The notes beneath the pieces were generated by a model, which saw only the letters and a program-made list of their open reading frames with translations, made no database searches and was not told the DNA's origin. Below, one piece after another: positions 1 to 9,183 of a stretch of DNA of 64,000 bases. Within the stretch, counting starts at the first letter, position 1, and each line of letters starts with the position of its first letter. The stretch spans positions 64,001 through 128,000 of the forward strand of contig JAZJZE010000005.1 in the NCBI GenBank assembly GCA_040390065.1, written 5' to 3'. The stretch is from a bacterium. GTDB lineage: Archaea > Thermoplasmatota > E2 > JACPAO01 > JAHFTW01. The position numbers and the translations under genes are program-made.

Positions 1-268
1 CGACGGCCGTGCCGAGGAGCTTGGCGAGATGGGAGGCCACGGGGGCCAGCGTGAATGCGGCGTTGTCCTTGCCGGGCTTCGGGCGCCCGAGGTGGCTCGC
101 GAGGATTACCTTCGCCCCGGCCTTGCGCAGGTGCTGGATGGTCGGCAGGGCCGCCACGACGCGCGCGTCGTCGCCCACCCGCCCCGCGTCGAGGGGGACG
201 TTGAAATCCACGCGCACGAGGACACGCTGGCCAGCAAACGCGCCGTCACGCAGGGTCTTGACCGCCAT
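1..268 (-). CDS. pgk: Phosphoglycerate kinase, N-terminal part (runs off the window)
   Basis: Manual translation from ATG at 268: [47 protein letters not shown]...[17 protein letters not shown] and SHLGRP are PGK signatures. Not in the ORF track because it is truncated. Confidence 0.95.
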   Translation of the reverse strand, partial: MAVKTLRDGAFAGQRVLVRVDFNVPLDAGRVGDDARVVAALPTIQHLRKAGAKVILASHLGRPKPGKDNAAFTLAPVASHLAKLLGTAV

Positions 269-472
269 CGCTGCGGGCGACCCTGGGCGGGCGCAAAAGA
301 CGTGCGGTCCTGCCCAGCTTCGACCCGGCCGTCTCAATGGCCATTTTCGGCACTGCCTGAAGCGAACTCAGAATATGAACATTTGTTTGCCTCATAAAGG
401 ACAGGCATCAGGAAACCTGCGAAATCTGTCACCTTCATTGTCCAAATTCGTAGAATGGGCAAGGCACCCACC

Positions 473-485
473 AAAAACGTTTAAG
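473..485 (+). promoter_or_regulatory. Putative archaeal BRE/TATA box of the moxR operon
   Basis: AAAAACGTTTAAG about 40 nt upstream of the ATG at 526, in an AT-richer intergenic stretch. Confidence 0.5.
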
Positions 486-525
486 GGCCTACGCTGGTGG
501 GAGGGATGGTCGGAGCAGAAACGAC

Positions 526-1512
526 ATGGCTGAAAGCTTCCAGGTACCGATTGAACAACTGGCCCGCTTCAAGCGCACCCATGACCACTTCAAGAAGTTG
601 GTCGGACAGGAGATCGTCGGCTACGACGACGTCGTCACCGACCTCCTGATCGGTCTTCTTGGCAAGGGCCACGTGCTCTTGGAAGGCGTCCCGGGTGTCG
701 CAAAGACCGCCACCTCCAAGTCGTTCTCCAACACGCTCGGCCTGTCCTTCAAGCGCCTGCAGTTCACGCAGGACCTGATGCCGCAGGACATCACGGGCTA
801 CAACATGCTCAACCCGGCGACAAAGAAATTCGAGTTGCGCCAGGGCCCCGTGTTCACCAACTTCCTCCTCGCTGACGAGATCAACCGTGCGCCGCCCAAG
901 ACGCAGTCGGCCATGCTGGAGACCATGGAAGAGCGCCAAGTGTCGATCGAAGGCACGACGTACCCGATGGCCGTTCCCTTCATCGTCGTCGCCACCATGA
1001 ACCCCATCGACTCGGAGGGCGTCTACCGCCTGCCCGAGGCCCAGAAGGACCGCTTCATGATGCGCACCATCATGCACTACGTCGCGGCCGAACTCGAGGA
1101 GCGCATGATCAAGATCAAGATCGCCGGGGGCAAGCTCGGCGGCGACGGCAAGGATGGGCGCCTCTCCATCGACGCCATCCGCGAAGGTCTGAAGATGCGC
1201 GAGAAGATCTACATGGGCGACGAGACGGTGCGCTACCTGCAGCGCGTCGCCGCCGCCACGCGCAACCACCCCGACGTCCGCGTCGGCGCCTCGCCCCGGT
1301 CCATGACGCAGATGCTCACGGCCAGCCAGGCCTACGCCCTCATCAGTGGCCGCCCGTACGTGCTGCCGGCAGATGTCAAGTACATCTCGCCCCGCGTGCT
1401 TGGCCACCGCATCATCATGAAGGTCGAGGCCGAAGCCAAGGGCAAGGTCGCGCACGAGGTCGTCAGGGAAGTCCTTGCCGCCATTCCCGAACCCAAGGTC
1501 CTGGTGAAGTAG
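526..1512 (+). CDS. moxR: MoxR family AAA+ ATPase
   Basis: GHVLLEGVPGVAKT (Walker A), RLQFTQDLMPQDITG, LLADEINRAPPKTQSAMLE, ATMNP, LPEAQKDRF, GASPR. Confidence 0.95.
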   Translation: MAESFQVPIEQLARFKRTHDHFKKLVGQEIVGYDDVVTDLLIGLLGKGHVLLEGVPGVAKTATSKSFSNTLGLSFKRLQFTQDLMPQDITGYNMLNPATKKFELRQGPVFTNFLLADEINRAPPKTQSAMLETMEERQVSIEGTTYPMAVPFIVVATMNPIDSEGVYRLPEAQKDRFMMRTIMHYVAAELEERMIKIKIAGGKLGGDGKDGRLSIDAIREGLKMREKIYMGDETVRYLQRVAAATRNHPDVRVGASPRSMTQMLTASQAYALISGRPYVLPADVKYISPRVLGHRIIMKVEAEAKGKVAHEVVREVLAAIPEPKVLVK

Positions 1513-1519
1513 GTCGCCG

Positions 1520-3232
1520 ATGGCCGACAGCCCCCCTGTTGAGCCCGACCCGCAGGACGCCCAGCCGACAGGGCCCAAGCGCGTCATGGGCGGCCGACCG
1601 ACCTTGCCGCGCGTCGTGGGACGTCCCGCGCCGCCGGTCATCGATGACTCGGAATGGGAAGCCGTGCCAGAGACGCAGTTCGTGCACGGCATCTCCGTCG
1701 ATCCAAGCAAGGTGCCCTCCGGCATCCAGTTCCACCACGACTGCTGCGAAGCGGTGCGCCCGAACCCGGAGGACCCGGATGCCGGCGGCGCCGTGCAGGA
1801 GATGCGCCAGGAACCATACGTCACCTGGCAGGGTCCACTCAAGCCTACGGCGACGTTTGGCGCCTGGGCCGCCGGCCTCGGCCTGGCGTTCCTTGCCACC
1901 TTCTTCCTGGGCATCGGGCACATCTTCGTCGGCATGTGGATCGGCCTCGGCGTCTCCGCGGCGGGCTTCGTCTACGTCGTCGTGAGCGTCATCGTCACGT
2001 CCAGCTCGATGAAGGGCATCCGCCTCATGGCGGCGCGCCACATCACGGAACCCAAGCTGGAGCGCGGAAAGGTCTTCCACGCAACGCTTGAGACCAACGG
2101 TACGGTCGTTCCCGGCTGGCTGCGCATCCGCATCACGGACCAGCAGGCCCCGGGCCTGCGCCCGGTCCAGCAGCCCCTCCTGGAAGGTCCCGGCCAGGTC
2201 ACGTACAAGGTGCGGCCCCAGGGCCGCGGCCTGCTGACGTTCTCCGGCCTCGACGTCGTCGCCCGCAGCTTCGACGGCATGTGGATCGCCGAGCAGGAAT
2301 GGCGCTTGCGCACGACGGTCGAGGTGGGCCCCAGCCTGTCCGCCATCACGTGGAAGGCGCTGGTCACCGGATACGCTCCGTTCGACCAGTCGACCCCCAG
2401 CTCGATCGTGAAACTCTTCCGCGACATCGAGACCGAGGTCATCCGCGACATGGCCGCCGGCGACAAGATGCGCGACGTGAACTGGAAGTATTTCGCACGC
2501 ATGGGCAAGATGATCGTCCGGCAACGCACGAGCGAAGGCGAGACGACGATCCTTCTCGTCTTCGACTGCACGCCGACCATGCTCATGGACCAGGCGGGCT
2601 ACCGCAACCTCGACCTCGCCGTCGAGATCGCGCAGGAGTTCGCGGAAGCGGGCCTGAAGCGCAACCACGAGGCCGGCATGATTGCGTTCAACGAGAACCG
2701 CGTGCTCGACCACGTGCGCCCGACACGCGCGAAGATCCAGTTCAAGAAGCTCATCAAGCACTTCGAGAACCTGGCGAACCACCACTTGGCGGACGAGGGC
2801 GAAGACCCAGTCGAGATCCTCATCACGGGCGACCCGGAGAACCTGCGCCTCGCCTTCGGGCAGGGCCTGAAGCAGCGCAACACGGCGGGGCTGACCATCA
2901 TCTTCTTCTCCGACCTGCAAGGGACGCCGGACGAGATCATCCAGGTGATCTCCAAGGCGGCCGGCTCCGGCCAGAAGGTGGCGGTCATGCTCATGCCCGA
3001 GCCCAAGCTCAAGCCGATCATCCCCGGCCAGCCGCAGGAGCTCACGATGCGTGGCATCGCGCACACGAACAAGATGCGTGAACTGCTCATCGCCAATGGC
3101 TGCGAGTTCGTCGAAGTGAACCCGCACGCGGAAGACTTCAGCCTGCGCACCGACGACGAGGGGTCCGCCAACGGCGACGCCCCGGCCAAGCCGGAGTCGT
3201 CCAAGGGCCCATACTGGGCCAACCAGCGGTAG
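1520..3232 (+). CDS. DUF58 (vWA-like) membrane protein, MoxR partner
   Basis: Directly downstream of moxR. Two TM segments; IRDMAAGDKMRDVNWKYFARMGKMIVRQ is the DUF58 motif, followed by LVFDCT and IFFSD vWA-like elements. Confidence 0.85.
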   Translation: MADSPPVEPDPQDAQPTGPKRVMGGRPTLPRVVGRPAPPVIDDSEWEAVPETQFVHGISVDPSKVPSGIQFHHDCCEAVRPNPEDPDAGGAVQEMRQEPYVTWQGPLKPTATFGAWAAGLGLAFLATFFLGIGHIFVGMWIGLGVSAAGFVYVVVSVIVTSSSMKGIRLMAARHITEPKLERGKVFHATLETNGTVVPGWLRIRITDQQAPGLRPVQQPLLEGPGQVTYKVRPQGRGLLTFSGLDVVARSFDGMWIAEQEWRLRTTVEVGPSLSAITWKALVTGYAPFDQSTPSSIVKLFRDIETEVIRDMAAGDKMRDVNWKYFARMGKMIVRQRTSEGETTILLVFDCTPTMLMDQAGYRNLDLAVEIAQEFAEAGLKRNHEAGMIAFNENRVLDHVRPTRAKIQFKKLIKHFENLANHHLADEGEDPVEILITGDPENLRLAFGQGLKQRNTAGLTIIFFSDLQGTPDEIIQVISKAAGSGQKVAVMLMPEPKLKPIIPGQPQELTMRGIAHTNKMRELLIANGCEFVEVNPHAEDFSLRTDDEGSANGDAPAKPESSKGPYWANQR

Positions 3233-3243
3233 GCCGCCCCGAC

Positions 3244-3699
3244 ATGCCGCTGCCCTGCCCGTTCTGCGGCACCGTCGTCGAGCCCGGCCGTGACGCCACG
3301 GGACGGCTTCTCTGCCCAGCTTGCCGCAACACGGGCAGGATGGCCCCGCCGCAGTTCTCCTCGCCCGAGGAGGCCTACGCGGCAGGCTACTACGCCGCCG
3401 CGGCGGCAAGGGACGACGCGCAGCGCGACAAACGTGTCCGCCATGCCAAGCAGGAGGGCGTCTGCGCGGTCGTGTTTGCCGGCGTCGGCCTGCTGCTTGC
3501 GTTCTTCGCCGTTGCCGCCCTCGCGTGCGGCGTGGCAGCCATCCTCCATGGCCGGCGCCTGGAGCGCGGCGGGCAGGACGGGACCGTCCTCCCGGCCGAC
3601 GCCACGACGGGCCGCAACGCCTTCATTATGGGGGTCATCGGCGTGTGCGTCGCACCCGTCACCCTGACCCTGAACATCCTGTTGATCCTCCGGAACTAG
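3244..3699 (+). CDS. Small membrane protein with N-terminal zinc ribbon
   Basis: CPFCG...CPAC at the N-terminus, then 2-3 hydrophobic helices; 11 bp after the DUF58 gene. Confidence 0.65.
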   Translation: MPLPCPFCGTVVEPGRDATGRLLCPACRNTGRMAPPQFSSPEEAYAAGYYAAAAARDDAQRDKRVRHAKQEGVCAVVFAGVGLLLAFFAVAALACGVAAILHGRRLERGGQDGTVLPADATTGRNAFIMGVIGVCVAPVTLTLNILLILRN

Positions 3700-3857
3700 A
3701 GCCCCCGTCCACGGACCGTGAGGCAGGCGTCATGCATGCCCCCGCCGCGGCGCCACTGGCCGCAACGCCTGGGTTAGTGCCCCGAGACGGTTGGGGAACG
3801 GCCGAATCTATGGCAAACCTTGAAGGCCTCCCGCCCGATGGACAGACGGTGGTCTTC

Positions 3858-4853
3858 GTGCGCCGAAACGCCCTCCTGCTTGCGTCCCTTGCTTCCCTCC
3901 TGGTGCTCGTCCCCGCGACGAGCGCCTGCTTTGCCATCACGCCGCAGTTGCCGCCCCCGCCTGCGGTGGACCCGTGCCTCCTGCCGCCGCTCGAAGTCAC
4001 CCCCGTGGCCCTACCCGAGGATGCGCCTCTTGTCCGTCCGTTCGAAGGCTCCGACATGGCCTTTGCCGCCCCCGTGGAACCCGCAGATATGCGGGACCAG
4101 CCGCGGGAGACGTCAGTGGCACTCGACCCCCAGGAGATCGTCGCCATCGACGACAGCGCACACTCACTCATCTCCGTCCTTTGCCTGCCAAGCGACGCGC
4201 CAGCAGAGGCGACGAGGCCCGTCGAGCTCCCGATGGACACCGTGCCCTTTGCCGCCCCTGCCGAACCTAACCACCCGGCCCTCGTGGCGCTCCCGGACGC
4301 GGTCCAACTCACCTACGTCGTGGACCAGCCCACCATCGTCGACATCCAAGGCACCGTCACCCCCATCGTGGGCGACCTCCCGCTGGCTGTCCCGGCGCTG
4401 CCCGACGCCTCCGTGTACCTCCAAGTGGAGACCGCAACGGGGACCGTGCAAGGCCTGAACCACGTCGAGATTCAGATTCCAGTGGCCCCCGATGCCCTGC
4501 CGGCCCCCGGCGAGACCCTGACCCTCGCCTACTACAACGGCGTCCAATGGGTCGACCTTAGCGACGCCGTCGACGGCCGCATCGCAGGCGCGACCCCTGC
4601 CCAGGACCTCACGGTGGAAGGCGTCGGCTACGACGACGCCACGCAGACCGTCTGGGCCCACGTCAGCCACACCAGCACCTACGCCGTCCACGCCGTGAAG
4701 GCCCCCGCTCCAGCCGCTCCGACGCAAGTTGCCGCCGCCGGCATGTCGCCCATGGCCATCGCGCCCATCGCCATGGCGGCCACCATCGCCCTCGGCGCCA
4801 TCGCCATCCTCGCCATCAATGCCCGCGAAGTCCGCCGCATGACGAAGAAGTAG
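3858..4853 (+). CDS. Secreted, C-terminally anchored surface protein (start uncertain: 3810 or 3858)
   Basis: Signal peptide (M)RRNALLLASLASLLVLVPATSA, Pro/Ala-rich region, beta domain ending VWAHVSHTSTYAV, C-terminal TM and basic tail. Confidence 0.7.
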   Translation: MRRNALLLASLASLLVLVPATSACFAITPQLPPPPAVDPCLLPPLEVTPVALPEDAPLVRPFEGSDMAFAAPVEPADMRDQPRETSVALDPQEIVAIDDSAHSLISVLCLPSDAPAEATRPVELPMDTVPFAAPAEPNHPALVALPDAVQLTYVVDQPTIVDIQGTVTPIVGDLPLAVPALPDASVYLQVETATGTVQGLNHVEIQIPVAPDALPAPGETLTLAYYNGVQWVDLSDAVDGRIAGATPAQDLTVEGVGYDDATQTVWAHVSHTSTYAVHAVKAPAPAAPTQVAAAGMSPMAIAPIAMAATIALGAIAILAINAREVRRMTKK

Positions 4854-5023
4854 CTGGGCGCACTTCTGGCGATTTCCCGAAAATCCCCATCGGCAACGCG
4901 GCAACGCCGGGAAGGGTTCATCTATGCGTCCAGCAAGGTGGGCCCGCCGTCCCCTCCTGGACCTTTGCAACAGGCCAACCAGTGGCCGACGCGGGCTAAG
5001 TACGTCGGGGGGATGGCGCCCTG

Positions 5024-5539
5024 GTGTCCATCGTGCAGCGCCTCCTCGCCATCGCCGCCATCCTGGTTCTCATGCCGAGCGCCCTTCCGTCGAGGGCTGA
5101 CATCTTGGACCCCGTCGACCCACTCTTCGGCAACATCGTGCCGCCCTTGCATGCAAGTATGCCAACGATCCGCAGCCTCGTGGAGAATGCCACCTGCCCC
5201 GCCGGCCCAACGCCATGCGCGGATTCCTTGCTGCCAGCCGCCATCCGGTGCATCGAGGACGTCCTGTTGCACTGGTCCGAGCACCCGGGCGAAGTCAACC
5301 CGGGCGACCTCCGCCCGTGCCTGCTGAGCGGTCTGGCGTGCATCCAGTTCAAGGAGAGCGCGACGTTGGACATTTCCCACGTCATGGATCGTAAGGTCAC
5401 CACGATGAGCTTCTTGACGGCCCAAGAGTTCGTTTGGAACATCCCTGACGATCCTCCGCCTCGCCCGACGGGGCCAGCGGTCTTCGGCGGCTACGTGCTA
5501 TCCATGAGTGCGGCGCCCGGCGTAAATGGGGGCTGCTGA
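5024..5539 (+). CDS. Hypothetical secreted Cys-containing protein
   Basis: Signal-peptide-like N-terminus; stop overlaps the next ATG (TGATG). Confidence 0.55.
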   Translation: MSIVQRLLAIAAILVLMPSALPSRADILDPVDPLFGNIVPPLHASMPTIRSLVENATCPAGPTPCADSLLPAAIRCIEDVLLHWSEHPGEVNPGDLRPCLLSGLACIQFKESATLDISHVMDRKVTTMSFLTAQEFVWNIPDDPPPRPTGPAVFGGYVLSMSAAPGVNGGC

Positions 5540-6408
5540 TGATTCCCTCGAAAAGCGTAATTGCCCTGGCTCTTGTGCTCTTGGCCGGCTGCATGAGTCA
5601 TGTCGGGACCCCTGGTGGCGCCACGATGAAGTCTGACTCCAACAACACGCCGACCGAGGGCCCCTCAGTGGACCCCTGGCTGGCCAATGCGACATCGCCT
5701 TACTTCACTAGCTGGAACGAGTGCATTGGGATGGGGGCCGCCTTCACCTGGCCGGGAAACACCGCCCCCCTTCCGCCACCCGGAAATTGGTCGGCCAACG
5801 AAGGGCCGGGAAGCGATACCATTGTCGACTTCAACGCCTGCCAGCGCATCGGGTGGGGGCCGTTTGAGCGCCCGGTGAAGATCCTCTTGGAGTTGTACAC
5901 AAATTCGTCGTTCCCCGAAGCCTGCCGACACGGATCCTTTGGCTACGCGAGAATCGTGCACGCGGTCTACCTCGATGAACCCGTCATGGCCGCGTATTTG
6001 CGACGCGAATTGGGACTTCCGGCGTATGCAGCCACCATGAACTATTCACTCGAGAAAGGCTCGGCCTGGACCATGAGGTGGACATGGACCCCAGACGGGG
6101 GCCAGACATCGGACGTTCAGGTCTCGCATCTGGCGAGCCAGGACAGTGGCAGCCCCGAGACCTATCGCCTCGTCTGGTTCACGCATGGCCACGTGACCAT
6201 GATGGATCTCTTGACCAGATATCACAACCCGGGGCAGACCCTCGGAGCCGCCCCCGGCCACATGCGGCCACCGATGATTGACGCAAAAATGGGCGACCCC
6301 TATCTCGGGACAGGCGAAATGTGGGATGCCACGTCCTACACCGGCACGGTCTATCGCTTCAACGACGAATTCTGCAAGGAACCCATCGACCCGTACCCAG
6401 ACCACTGA
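5539..6408 (+). CDS. Hypothetical lipoprotein
   Basis: Lipobox LLAGC after a hydrophobic stretch; translationally coupled to the upstream gene. Confidence 0.75.
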   Translation: MIPSKSVIALALVLLAGCMSHVGTPGGATMKSDSNNTPTEGPSVDPWLANATSPYFTSWNECIGMGAAFTWPGNTAPLPPPGNWSANEGPGSDTIVDFNACQRIGWGPFERPVKILLELYTNSSFPEACRHGSFGYARIVHAVYLDEPVMAAYLRRELGLPAYAATMNYSLEKGSAWTMRWTWTPDGGQTSDVQVSHLASQDSGSPETYRLVWFTHGHVTMMDLLTRYHNPGQTLGAAPGHMRPPMIDAKMGDPYLGTGEMWDATSYTGTVYRFNDEFCKEPIDPYPDH

Positions 6409-6429
6409 AAGACCGATGATGCCGGCCTA

Positions 6430-6820
6430 GGCGCCAGCCGTCCGGTTTGCCGCAAGGGCCGTTGCAAATCCCGCGATGGTTGCGAGCGCGGCAGCGCGAG
6501 CCTGCGGGGGTCACGGGGGCCGGCAGGCCCCCCGGCGGGGGGACGGCGCGGGGGGCGGCAGCCCCCCGCCGTTCTGTGGGGCCGAGCCCCCGGGAGGCCC
6601 CACGCACAAATGATCGACCTGTTTGCAGGTCGGGGGAGGCGGCCCGGGAGGGCCCGGTGCGGTGGCCTGGACGGCCGAGCGCAGCGAGCGCCGTCCAGTC
6701 CGCATGGGGGTCTTAGGGGGCCCGCAGGGCCCCCTAGTGTCCTGGCTGAGCAGCGCCCAAGATGGGTTCGAGCGAGCGCGCCTGGCCGAAGGCCGCGCGA
6801 GCGATGAAGCCCGTCTTGGG
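6430..6820. repeat. Cluster of GC-rich hairpins (family B structured repeat)
   Basis: GGGGGCC-GGCA-GGCCCCC, GGGGGGC-GGCA-GCCCCCC, CTGGACGGC-(CGAGCGCAGCGAGC)-GCCGTCCAG, GGGGGCCC-GCA-GGGCCCCC and GCCCAAGATGGG...CCCGTCTTGGGC between convergent genes. Confidence 0.7.
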
Positions 6821-7360
6821 CTATTCGAACGCCATCTTCTGCTGCGATTCCTTCTCGACGATGCGGACGTCCTTGAGTTCGCCGCGTGCCTTGATGCGGC
6901 GACCGTAGTGCGTCAGGATGGTGCCGACGACGAGGAGGATGAGGGAGATTGTGGCGAGGGCGATGGTGGTGCGCACGGCGCTGCCGCCGCGGTACCATTC
7001 GGCCGGATAGATGCTTGCGAAGTAGACGAGCAGGCTGGCGCCGAGGACGGAGCCGAGGACCGTGATGATGAAGCCCGCCGTGCCAGCGCGGCTTGTCGTG
7101 TTGGTGAGTCCGATGTCGAGTTTCTGCTGGACGTCCATCTCGCCGCGCTGCTGCTGCGAGCTCTCGATGTCGAGGACGAGGACGTCATCCGCCGGCAAGC
7201 CGTCGGGGTCGGTCTCCTCGTAGATGACGAGGTAGTCGCGGTCCGGGTCGGCGACCGGGGGCGGTGTCGCGGCTTGGCGCGGGTGGGGCGCGTCACGGGT
7301 GATCGTGCCGCCGCCGCTGCGGGCCTTGCCCTTGGGCTTCTTGGGGGCTGCGCGGGCCAT
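6821..7360 (-). CDS. Hypothetical two-TM membrane protein
   Basis: Two hydrophobic helices; coupled to the upstream gene; resembles 7360..7749. Confidence 0.75.
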   Translation of the reverse strand: MARAAPKKPKGKARSGGGTITRDAPHPRQAATPPPVADPDRDYLVIYEETDPDGLPADDVLVLDIESSQQQRGEMDVQQKLDIGLTNTTSRAGTAGFIITVLGSVLGASLLVYFASIYPAEWYRGGSAVRTTIALATISLILLVVGTILTHYGRRIKARGELKDVRIVEKESQQKMAFE

Positions 7361-7749
7361 CACTGCACCTCGACGTCGGAATCGGTGAACTGGTCGAGGC
7401 TCCCCTGGCCGAGGACGGTGCGGCCGTAGAAGAAGGCGGATGCGCCGAAGAACAGCAGGACGATGCCGGAGCCCATGAGGAGCACGATGGACTCGATGAA
7501 GTTGTGCGAGTCCGCCACCGTGACGCCGTTGGCGGCGTGGTACTTGTCGGGGTAGCCGGAGACGAAGTAGACGGCGCCGGCGACGATGCCGAGGATGCCG
7601 ACGGCGATTGCGACCATGCCGAAGACGGCGAGGCCGGTCAGGTGCGAGTCGACGGCGACCTGGATCTCGGCGTGCAGGTCCATCTTGTCCTCGAGGCGGA
7701 CAGGGGTCATCTCAGGCTCGAGCCTGACGCGGATGCGGTTCTCGTTCAC
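7360..7749 (-). CDS. Hypothetical two-TM membrane protein
   Basis: GTG start preceded by GAGGTGA (Shine-Dalgarno-like); two TM helices. Confidence 0.75.
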   Translation of the reverse strand: MNENRIRVRLEPEMTPVRLEDKMDLHAEIQVAVDSHLTGLAVFGMVAIAVGILGIVAGAVYFVSGYPDKYHAANGVTVADSHNFIESIVLLMGSGIVLLFFGASAFFYGRTVLGQGSLDQFTDSDVEVQ

Positions 7750-7753
7750 CGCG

Positions 7754-8965
7754 TCACCTCAGCTTCTTCTCGATGTCGATGGGCATGGAAGCGATGACAT
7801 TGCGGCCCTCGGCCTGGAGTTTGGCGATGGCCTCTTCCCTCGTGGCGGCCCGCACGCGCAGGATGCGCACGCGCTTCTTCGCGCCACCGCTGCGGGGGTC
7901 GGCGCTGGGATGGGCGGCCTCGACCTCGGGCGAGTAGCTCGGGCCGGGGCTGCCGGAGCGGCGCAGGAACGGGCGGCCCGTGTCGACGTTCTCGGCGACC
8001 TCGTAACCGTCCGGCAGCGGCGCAGGGTCGCTCCCCTCGGGCGTGCCTTTGGAGAAGAAGTAGACGCGCTGCGGCTGGTCGCCCTTCAGTTCGTCGCGCT
8101 TGTAGAGCATCCAGTCGCCGTATTGGAATGCCGTTTCCTTGGCTTCCCAGGTCTGGTCGGCGGCCGCGCCGGCCTGCGCGGGAGAAGTCGACTCGGTGCC
8201 CTCGGCCAGTGCTTCGGGTTCGCTGCCAGCTTCCCAGGTCTCGTCGACCTGCTCCGGCGGGAACTCGCCCGACGTCGGGTCGCCAACGGTCCAGCCCTCG
8301 GCACGCAGCTTCTCGGCCTCGGCGGCCGGGTCGACCGTCTCGATGACGGCCTCGTTGAGGCCTGCAGGCTTGAACTCGACGAGCCCTTCCCCAATCTGGT
8401 ACTGGGTCTCGTCCTTCTTGCCCTTGAAGTCGGATCCGCCCTCGCCGGGCTTGGCCGGCTCGGCGCCGCCCACGTCGCCCGTTGCGGCGCCTTCCATGAG
8501 TTCCTCGGTCGTGGGGGCGGCCGAGATTTCCTCGGCGCCGGCCGCGTCCTCGCGCGGGCCGCCTTCGCCCCAGTCGTCGAAGTCGGACAGGGTGCCCTCG
8601 GCCACTAGGCGGTCGACTTCCTCCATGGAGGGGCCGCCTTCGAAGACCTCGGTGCCGGCTTCGAGGCCGGTTCCGAGACCGAGCGGGTCGCTGGCGAGTT
8701 CGCTCTCGTCGACGCCGACGACCATGAGGAACTCCTTCGTTCCGGCGCCAGTGTATTCGACCTCGATGATGCGGTCCTCGGAATCGGCGGGTGCGCCGCC
8801 GGCGCTCTCATGGCGGGGAGCCCCATGCAGGGCAGCGCGGATTTCGTGTTCGGAGTACCCGAGGCGACGCAACATCGACTCCAGGTACGGTCGGTCGGTG
8901 GCCGCGGAAGGGTCGAGCGCAAGGGTATCGAGCGTTCGCCGGACGGGGTCGACGGCAGTCGCCAT
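7754..8965 (-). CDS. Acidic hypothetical protein with a small C-terminal beta domain
   Basis: 403 aa, Glu/Asp-rich, typical codon usage; first gene of a three-gene operon. Confidence 0.75.
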   Translation of the reverse strand: MATAVDPVRRTLDTLALDPSAATDRPYLESMLRRLGYSEHEIRAALHGAPRHESAGGAPADSEDRIIEVEYTGAGTKEFLMVVGVDESELASDPLGLGTGLEAGTEVFEGGPSMEEVDRLVAEGTLSDFDDWGEGGPREDAAGAEEISAAPTTEELMEGAATGDVGGAEPAKPGEGGSDFKGKKDETQYQIGEGLVEFKPAGLNEAVIETVDPAAEAEKLRAEGWTVGDPTSGEFPPEQVDETWEAGSEPEALAEGTESTSPAQAGAAADQTWEAKETAFQYGDWMLYKRDELKGDQPQRVYFFSKGTPEGSDPAPLPDGYEVAENVDTGRPFLRRSGSPGPSYSPEVEAAHPSADPRSGGAKKRVRILRVRAATREEAIAKLQAEGRNVIASMPIDIEKKLR

Positions 8966-9140
8966 GGCATTTCTTCAAGATGGGACGCCTTCAAGAGGCT
9001 TGTCTTTGACGCTAGGAGAGAAACGGGTGGGGGAGGCGGCCTGGCGGCGGACCGGTTTTTTATAAGCCGCGAACCACGTGGAAAGGCAGGTTTTCCAGGA
9101 GAAGAGGTGGTCCTTTTCCCGTCGCCTGCACGCGGCTGGC

Positions 9141-9151
9141 AACTTTTAAAG
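9141..9151 (+). promoter_or_regulatory. Putative TATA box of the endonuclease IV-like gene
   Basis: AACTTTTAAAG about 35 nt upstream of the ATG at 9184; a second TATA-like TTTTTTATAAG lies at 9056-9066. Confidence 0.5.
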
Positions 9152-9183
9152 GGGCGCCGTGTAGCCGCCTCCCCGGGCACGTC

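Noticed and set aside
417-429. CTGCGAAATCTGT matching a family A terminal box
   Set aside because: It is a single 13-bp match with no partner boxes, so it cannot be distinguished from chance.
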